From Octopus vulgaris (Eukaryota), in contig OX597822.1 in the NCBI GenBank assembly GCA_951406725.2, positions 77,996,001-78,060,000 on the forward strand: DNA of 64,000 nt, written 5' to 3'. The notes beneath the pieces are model-generated. The model ran no database searches. It was not told the DNA's origin and was given only the letters and a program-made list of their open reading frames with translations. Positions within the stretch are counted from its first letter, which is position 1. Every line of letters begins with the position of its first letter. This document shows, piece by piece, positions 57,727 to 64,000 of the stretch. Position numbers and translations under genes: made by a program.

Positions 57727-58856
57727 CTTTTCTACTCCAGGCACAAGGCCCGAAATTTTGGAGGAAGGGGTGGCAGTCGATTAGATTGATACCAGTACGC
57801 AACTGGTACTTAATTTATCGACCCCGAAAGGTTGAAAGGCAAAGTCGACCCCGGCGGAATTTGAACTCAGAACGTAGCGGCAGCCGAAATACCGCTAAGC
57901 ATCTAGCCCGGCGTGCTAACGTTTCTTATTTTTAATTACCCACAAGGGGTTAAATATAGAGGGGACAAGCAAGGACAGACAAAGGGATTAAGTCGATTAG
58001 ATCGATCACAGTATGAAACTGGTATTTAATTTATCGACCCCGAAAGGATGAAAGACAAAGTCGACCTCAGAGGAATTTGAACTCTGAACATAAAGACAGA
58101 GGAAATACCTATTTCTTTACTACCCACAAGGGGCTAAACACACAGGAGACAAACAAGGACAGACAAGTGGATTAAGTCGATTACATCGACCTCAGTGCAT
58201 AACTGGTACTTAATTTATCGACCCCGAAAAGATGAAAGGCAAAGTCGACCTCGGCGGATTTTGAACTCAGAACGTAACGGCAGACGAAATACGGCTACGC
58301 ATTTTGCCCGGCGTGCTAACGTTTCTGCCAGCTCACAGACTTCCCTTATATTAGTGATATAAAGCGTCGAGTTGGCAGAATCGTTACCGCGCCGGACGAA
58401 ATGCTTAGCGACATTTCGTCCGTCTTTACGTTCTGAGTTCAAATTCCGCCCAGGTCAACTTTACCTTACTTCCTTTCAGAATATCTATTGGACACTGGGA
58501 GTCGATGTAATCGACGTAACCACTCACCCAGAGATTACTGGCCTTGTGGCGAAATTTGAAATCATTATTAGTGGCTTGTATGCGTATACACACTTTTATA
58601 TCATACGGCCATATCACGTTGAAAGCACCGGTTCTCGTCCGATTAGCGAAGTTAAGCAACGTCGAGCCCACTTAGTACTTAGATGGGTGACCCCTTGGGA
58701 AACCTAGGTGCTGTAAGCATTCCATTACTTTCTCTTTAGGGCAACGAGCTGGCAGAAACGTTAGCACGCCGGGCGAAATGCGTAGCGGTATTTCGTCTGC
58801 CGTTACGTTCTAAGTTCAAATTCCGCCGAGGTCGACTTTGCCTTTCAACCTTTCGG
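57727..58856. mobile_element. SINE A cluster: 57727-57925 -, 57921-58335 - (dimer), 58363-58565 +, 58739-58856 +
   Basis: Repeated family A head and core motifs in both orientations. Confidence 0.85.
58601..58720 (+). rRNA. Solitary 5S rRNA copy, probably a pseudogene
   Basis: About 120 nt: tacggccatatcacgttgaaagcaccggttctcgtccgat...gaagttaagcaacgtcgagcc...ttagtacttagatgggtgacc...ggtgctgtaagca. Box A and box C recognisable, several helix mismatches, no oligo-T terminator. Confidence 0.9.
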
Positions 58857-58902
58857 TTGATGCACCGCCGTTATATAGAATATAGTTTTTCATATATGCA
58901 TT

Positions 58903-58964
<62 letters not shown>

Positions 58965-59005
58965 CTATCTGCCTGTCTATCTATCTATTTCTATTTATTT
59001 ATATC

Positions 59006-59075
<70 letters not shown>

Positions 59076-59125
59076 GTCTGTCATATCTATCTATCTATCT
59101 ATTTATTTATCCATCTATCTATCTC

Positions 59126-59208
<83 letters not shown>

Positions 59209-59233
59209 GTCTGTGTATCTGTCTTTCTGTTTG

Positions 59234-59268
<35 letters not shown>

Positions 59269-59812
59269 CTCTCTCCCCCCTCTCTCTCTCTCTCTTTATA
59301 TATATTTATTTATATATATATATACACACACGTATGTATGTGTGTATGCATATATGTATATACGTATAAATATATCATGTGTGTGCATGTGTGTGCGTGT
59401 GTGAGCGTGTGTGTTTGTGTGCGATGAATTATTGTGTACTTATGGTGTTTAGAATTGTCACGGTGGATGCAGCCATTGTCGAGTGGTTATGAAGTTCATT
59501 TTACTGTCAGGAAGTTCGGAATTCGGTTTCATCACTGGCATCTTGGACAAGTTTCTTTTTACATAGACTCGAGTCACAGAGCTGACGGAGATTGGTAGCT
59601 TGTGTCTGGTGGTGGTGGTGATGGCAATGGCGGCGGCGGCGGCGGTAGTGGTGATGGTAATGGACGTGGTTGTTGTGGTGTTTGCAGTGGTGGTGTGAAA
59701 TTACTGGTGCGGGTACAGTGGTAGCCTCGGTAGCAGAGGTGGTGACTGGCTGTAATAAAAGCTGCTTATGTTATTGTCGTTGGTGTTGTAAAAGACTGGC
59801 ATTGTAAAAAAC

Positions 59813-60735
59813 CGGTTCTCCGTCGGTTACGACGACGAGAGTACCAGTTGATCCGATCAACGGAACAGCCTGCTCTTGAAATTAACGTGCAAGTGGCTGA
59901 GCACCCCACAGACACGTGTACTCCTAACGCAGTTCTCGGGGAGATTCAGCGTGACACAGAGTGTGACAAGGCTGGCCCTTTGAAATACAGGTACTACTCA
60001 TTATCCTTTTCTACGCTAGGCACAAGGCCTGAAATTTTGGGTGAGAGGCCAGTCGATTAGATCAACTCCAGTACGCAACTGGTACTTAATTTATCGGCCT
60101 CCGAATGGATGGAAGGTAAAGTCGACCTTGGCGGAATTTGAATTCAGAACTTAAAGACAGACGAAATACCTATTTCTTTACTACCCCCAAGGGGCTAAAC
60201 ACAGAGAGGACAAACAAGGACAGACAAAGGGATTAAGTCGATTATATCTACCCCAGTGCGTAACTGGTACTTAATTTATCGACCCCGAAAGGATGAAAGA
60301 CAAAGTCGGCCTCGGCGGAATTTGAACTTAGAACGTAGTGGCAGACGAAATACCTATTTCTTTACTGCCCACAAGGGGCTACACACAGAGGGGAAAAACA
60401 AGGACAGACAAACGGATTAAGTCGATTATATCGACCCCAGTGCGTAACTGGTACTTAATTTATCGACCCCGAAAGGATGAAAGGCAAAGTCGACCTCGGC
60501 GGAATTTTAACCCAGAACGTAACGGTAGACGAAATACCGCTAAGCATTTCGCCCGGCGCGCTAACGTTTCTGTCAGCTCACCGCCTTGGTACTACTCATT
60601 ATTGGCAGCTGATTGAGCTGGAGCAACACTAAAAGAAGTGTCTTTCTCAAGGATACAACACAGCCCGGTCCGGGAATCGAACTCACAACCTAACGATCGT
60701 GAGTTGAATGCAGTAACCACAAAGTAACGTGCCTG
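59813..60735 (-). mobile_element. SINE D interrupted by a trimeric SINE A (60005-60587)
   Basis: D halves flank the A trimer; 15-bp TSD ggtactactcattat (59990-60004, 60588-60602). Confidence 0.9.
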
Positions 60736-60949
60736 ACATCGTAAACTTATGATCAAAGTATTCCATTCCATCAATGACCCTCCGTCCCATTGTTCTGGTA
60801 AAATGTATCCATGGTTATATTACATGACATATCCTTCATTTCTGAAGGCAGTAGTGTAGAGTTTCAGAGATATTTAGTTGCTATTTCTAGTCGTTTTGTT
60901 TTTGTGACTCTTGTGTCATCTTTTATCATTGATCCCTTATGTCTTTCAA

Positions 60950-62972
60950 TCATTGGAGTGTGGTCAGACTGGGGCACCAACCTGAATGGTTCACTCGAAC
61001 GAATCAACACTAATACTGACATTATTTTTCAAGTCTAGTACTTATTCTCTCAGTCTCTTTTGCCGAGTAAGGGACGTAAACAAACCAACACCAGCTGTCA
61101 AGTGGTGATTGGAGGGGGATGGACGCTCAAACACAAACATAAACACAAAGATATACGTTCACACGAATATACATATGAAGGCTTCCGTACAGTTTCCGTT
61201 TACACAGTTTCCTTCACAAAGGCATTGGTCGGCTCTGAGCTGCAGTAGAAGACAACTTGCTCAAAGTGCCGCGCAGTGAAACGGAACCCGAAGCCATATA
61301 GCTGCAAAGCGTACTTCTCAACCACATCCACCACGCTGCCTACCCTGGTTACTGACGTTTTCAGAAAAGCGCTAATGGATGCAATAAGTGCTGCTTGAAG
61401 AAGTCAACAGTTTTGGCGCTAGATTTCTCGGACAGTTAATGTAATGTTGACGAAGGTGTGAAGAGGTTTTTAATGACATCGGTGAATGAGGAGGGGTTTA
61501 CTCTGTCTATTGGAACCACCCACCCTCCCACCCTCACTCATAAGGAATGTTGCGCAAAGGCACAGGCGTGGCTGTGTGGTAAGAAGCTTGCTTCCTAACT
61601 ACGTGGTTCTGGGTTCAGTCCCACTGTATGGCAAGTGTCTTCTACCATAGCCTCAGGCCGACGTTTTTGAGTAGATTTGGTTGACGGAAACTGAAAGAAG
61701 CCCATCATATATGTGCGTGTGCATGTGTATGTGTGAGTTTATGATTTTGTGTTTGTCTTTGTCCTCCACCATTGTTTGACAACCGGTATTGGTGTGTTTA
61801 CATCCCCCGTAACTTAGTGGTTCGACAAAACGGACCTATGAAATATTATCTATACAAGATAATAGTAATATAGTAGAAGACATTTTCCCAAGGTGTCACA
61901 ATGGGACTGAACTGGAATCCATGTGGCTGGGAGGCAAAATTCCTACCACACAGCTACACTTGAGCCTATTTGTGTCCCGTTCACAAAATGTCAGAATGTG
62001 ATTTAAACAATATTTGACTGCTATTTCTAAAAGATCGAGCTATAACGTTAATGCTCCCGAGATGGCTCCCATGCTGTTGGTATCACGTAGCTATTATATT
62101 CTTTGCGGCTTATGGCGATTTGATTCAATGAAACTGAATTTCTAGAGAAGGCTACCATAATCCATCGATAGCTGAAATATATTCTTTATGCACCAGTGCA
62201 GTTGCATTTTCTTCTCGCTCGAAATCTTACTAACGGCGAGTTAATTATGTCTACTGCTGTGAATTTTGTAACGATGTAATCTGTGTAACGGTTTGGTGTA
62301 AGCTGTATCGGATGTCACCAATTGTAATGGTTGTAAGTGGTATGAAGAGAGGCCAGCAAGTAATGGCATTACTGGTTTAGGTATGACGTTGGGTGGAGGC
62401 TGCATATAACTAGCTGTATTTGAAGAAATATTACGGAAAGACTGGTAATTTCAGAATTCTTGAAATAAATTGACTGAAGAAACAGTTCATACTTAACATA
62501 GTAGATGTCGGTGGCGTAACAGTTAGTATGCTTGCCTTCGACTCCCTACCAACGCATCCCTTATAAATTTTCATAGGCACAGGGGAGGCTGTGTGGTAGG
62601 AAGTTTCTTTCTCAACCACATGGTTCCGGGTTCAGTCCCATTGCGCGGTACTTTGGGCAAGTGTCTTCTACTATAGCTTCAGGCCGACCAAAGCCTTGTG
62701 AGTGGATAGGGTAGACGGAAATTAAAAGAAACCCGACGTATATGCGCGTGTGCATAAGTGTGTACGTGTGAGCATGTGTGTGTGTCTTTGTTTGTCCTAC
62801 ATCACCACTTGTCAACCAGCGTTGGTGTATTTAGGTCACCGTAACATGGTGGTTCAGCAACAGAGACCGATGGAATAAGCGCCATAACAAATAAGTACTA
62901 GTGTTGACTCGTTCGAAAAACATCTCTTGAAGTCAGTACCCCAGCACGGCCGCAGTCTAATGACCAAAAGAA
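60950..62972. mobile_element. SINE B cluster: 60950-61340 -, 61559-61840 +, 61868-61967 -, 62575-62972 +
   Basis: Family B head, CORE-like and tail motifs. Confidence 0.8.
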
Positions 62973-63011
62973 TTAAAATCTAAAAGATAGATTTTATGTA
63001 ACTTTTTTTTT

Positions 63012-63311
63012 GCCCTTTTCAAGCTTAGCCAGGCTCATGGGCCCGATTTCCCGGCTTCTGTGGCGTATGTGTTCCCCCAGCTGGACGGGACGCCAGTCCA
63101 TCGCAGCGTTCCTCAAGAAACAGGAAGAGAGAGTGAGAGAAAGTTGTGGCGAAAGAGTACAACAGGGGTCGGCACCACCCCCTGCCGGAGCCTCGTGGAG
63201 CTTTTAGGTGTTTTCGCTCAATAAAACACACACAACGTCCGGTCTGGGAATCGAAACCGCGATCCTCCGACCGCGAGTTCGCTGCCTTAACCACTGGGCC
63301 ATTGCGCCTCC
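63012..63311 (-). mobile_element. SINE family C, tail type 3 (V-domain-like)
   Basis: C head at 63311; tail contains ctgcgatggactggcgtcccgtccag; ends in poly-A. Confidence 0.85.
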
Positions 63312-63487
63312 TCTTTAACTTTTACCAAGTTAAATCACAACGTCTACGATTTGGAGAAGTAAATTACAAACTCTGGTCTCTTAGAGAATCTCTGGCTGCT
63401 ACTGCTGCTGCTGTTGTTGTTGTTGCTGTTTTTGTTGTTGTAGAAAGCTTAGAACTAAGAGACGTGAAAAGAAGCAGATCGTAATAA

Positions 63488-64000
63488 TCCTTTCTCCCAC
63501 CGTGGGAACATTGACATTGTGTAACATTTTGCGGGGATGAGGTTGGGGTGGTAGTCGATTATATCGACCCCCAGTGTTCGGTTTGTACTTATTTTAAAGA
63601 CCCCCGGAAGGATGAAAGACAAAGGTGACCTCAGCGATATCTGGACTCAGAACGCAAAGTCGAGAGAACTGAAGCTAAGAAATTGTTTCCATTGCGCTAA
63701 CGATTCTGCGAGTTTGCTGCCTTAAGGCAGATTCTAAAAGTGCTCGGGAGAGATTTTTCCATTGATAACAAGTTGGTTGGCATCGGTAATTGGTTGAAGG
63801 AAAAGTGAGGAGGGAGGGGAAGGAAACCGGGGGGAGAGAAAGAAAAGAGAGAGGGGAAAGAGAAAGGAAGTGAGAGAGAAGGTGCCTCTTTGACTGACAT
63901 CGAGTAAAGAGAAAATTTGGTTTCAGGATCTTAATATCTATATCAGTCCCTTAAGGCGGCGAGCTGGCAGAATCATTAGCACGCTGGGCGAAATGCGTAG
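63488..64000. mobile_element. SINE A copies (63488-63723 -, 63954-64000 + cut by the window edge)
   Basis: Family A motifs. Confidence 0.8.

Noticed and set aside
57727-60587. Regularly spaced palindromic repeats suggestive of a CRISPR-like array
   Set aside because: The intervening sequences are homologous SINE body units rather than unique spacers, and there are no cas genes.

Overview
AT-rich eukaryotic intergenic or intronic DNA dominated by microsatellites and transposon relics. The SINE, mariner and Penelope families point to an octopus (coleoid cephalopod) genome; this is inferred from recognising repeat families, not from a database search. No intact protein-coding gene is supported, and most ORF-track entries are translated microsatellites. 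Contents: four tRNA-derived SINE families (called A-D here, dozens of copies, several with TSDs), a repeat embedded in (AAT)n tracts (E), decayed mariner, maT (DD37D) and hAT elements and MITEs, a DINE-1/HINE-like element, CR1-like and RTE LINE fragments, Penelope-like (GIY-YIG) relics and a solitary 5S rRNA copy. The most notable signal is a dense set of hammerhead-ribozyme-like motifs in short repeats next to (TA)n tracts. Two unrelated repeats (37220-37281 +, 25378-25440 -) carry a full hammerhead core and all three stems, but in a non-circularly permuted, pseudoknotted strand order. Other copies are minimal Penelope-type hammerheads with core variants (U3-A8 swap, U at position 6). All RNA structures were paired by eye and none has been tested for cleavage.
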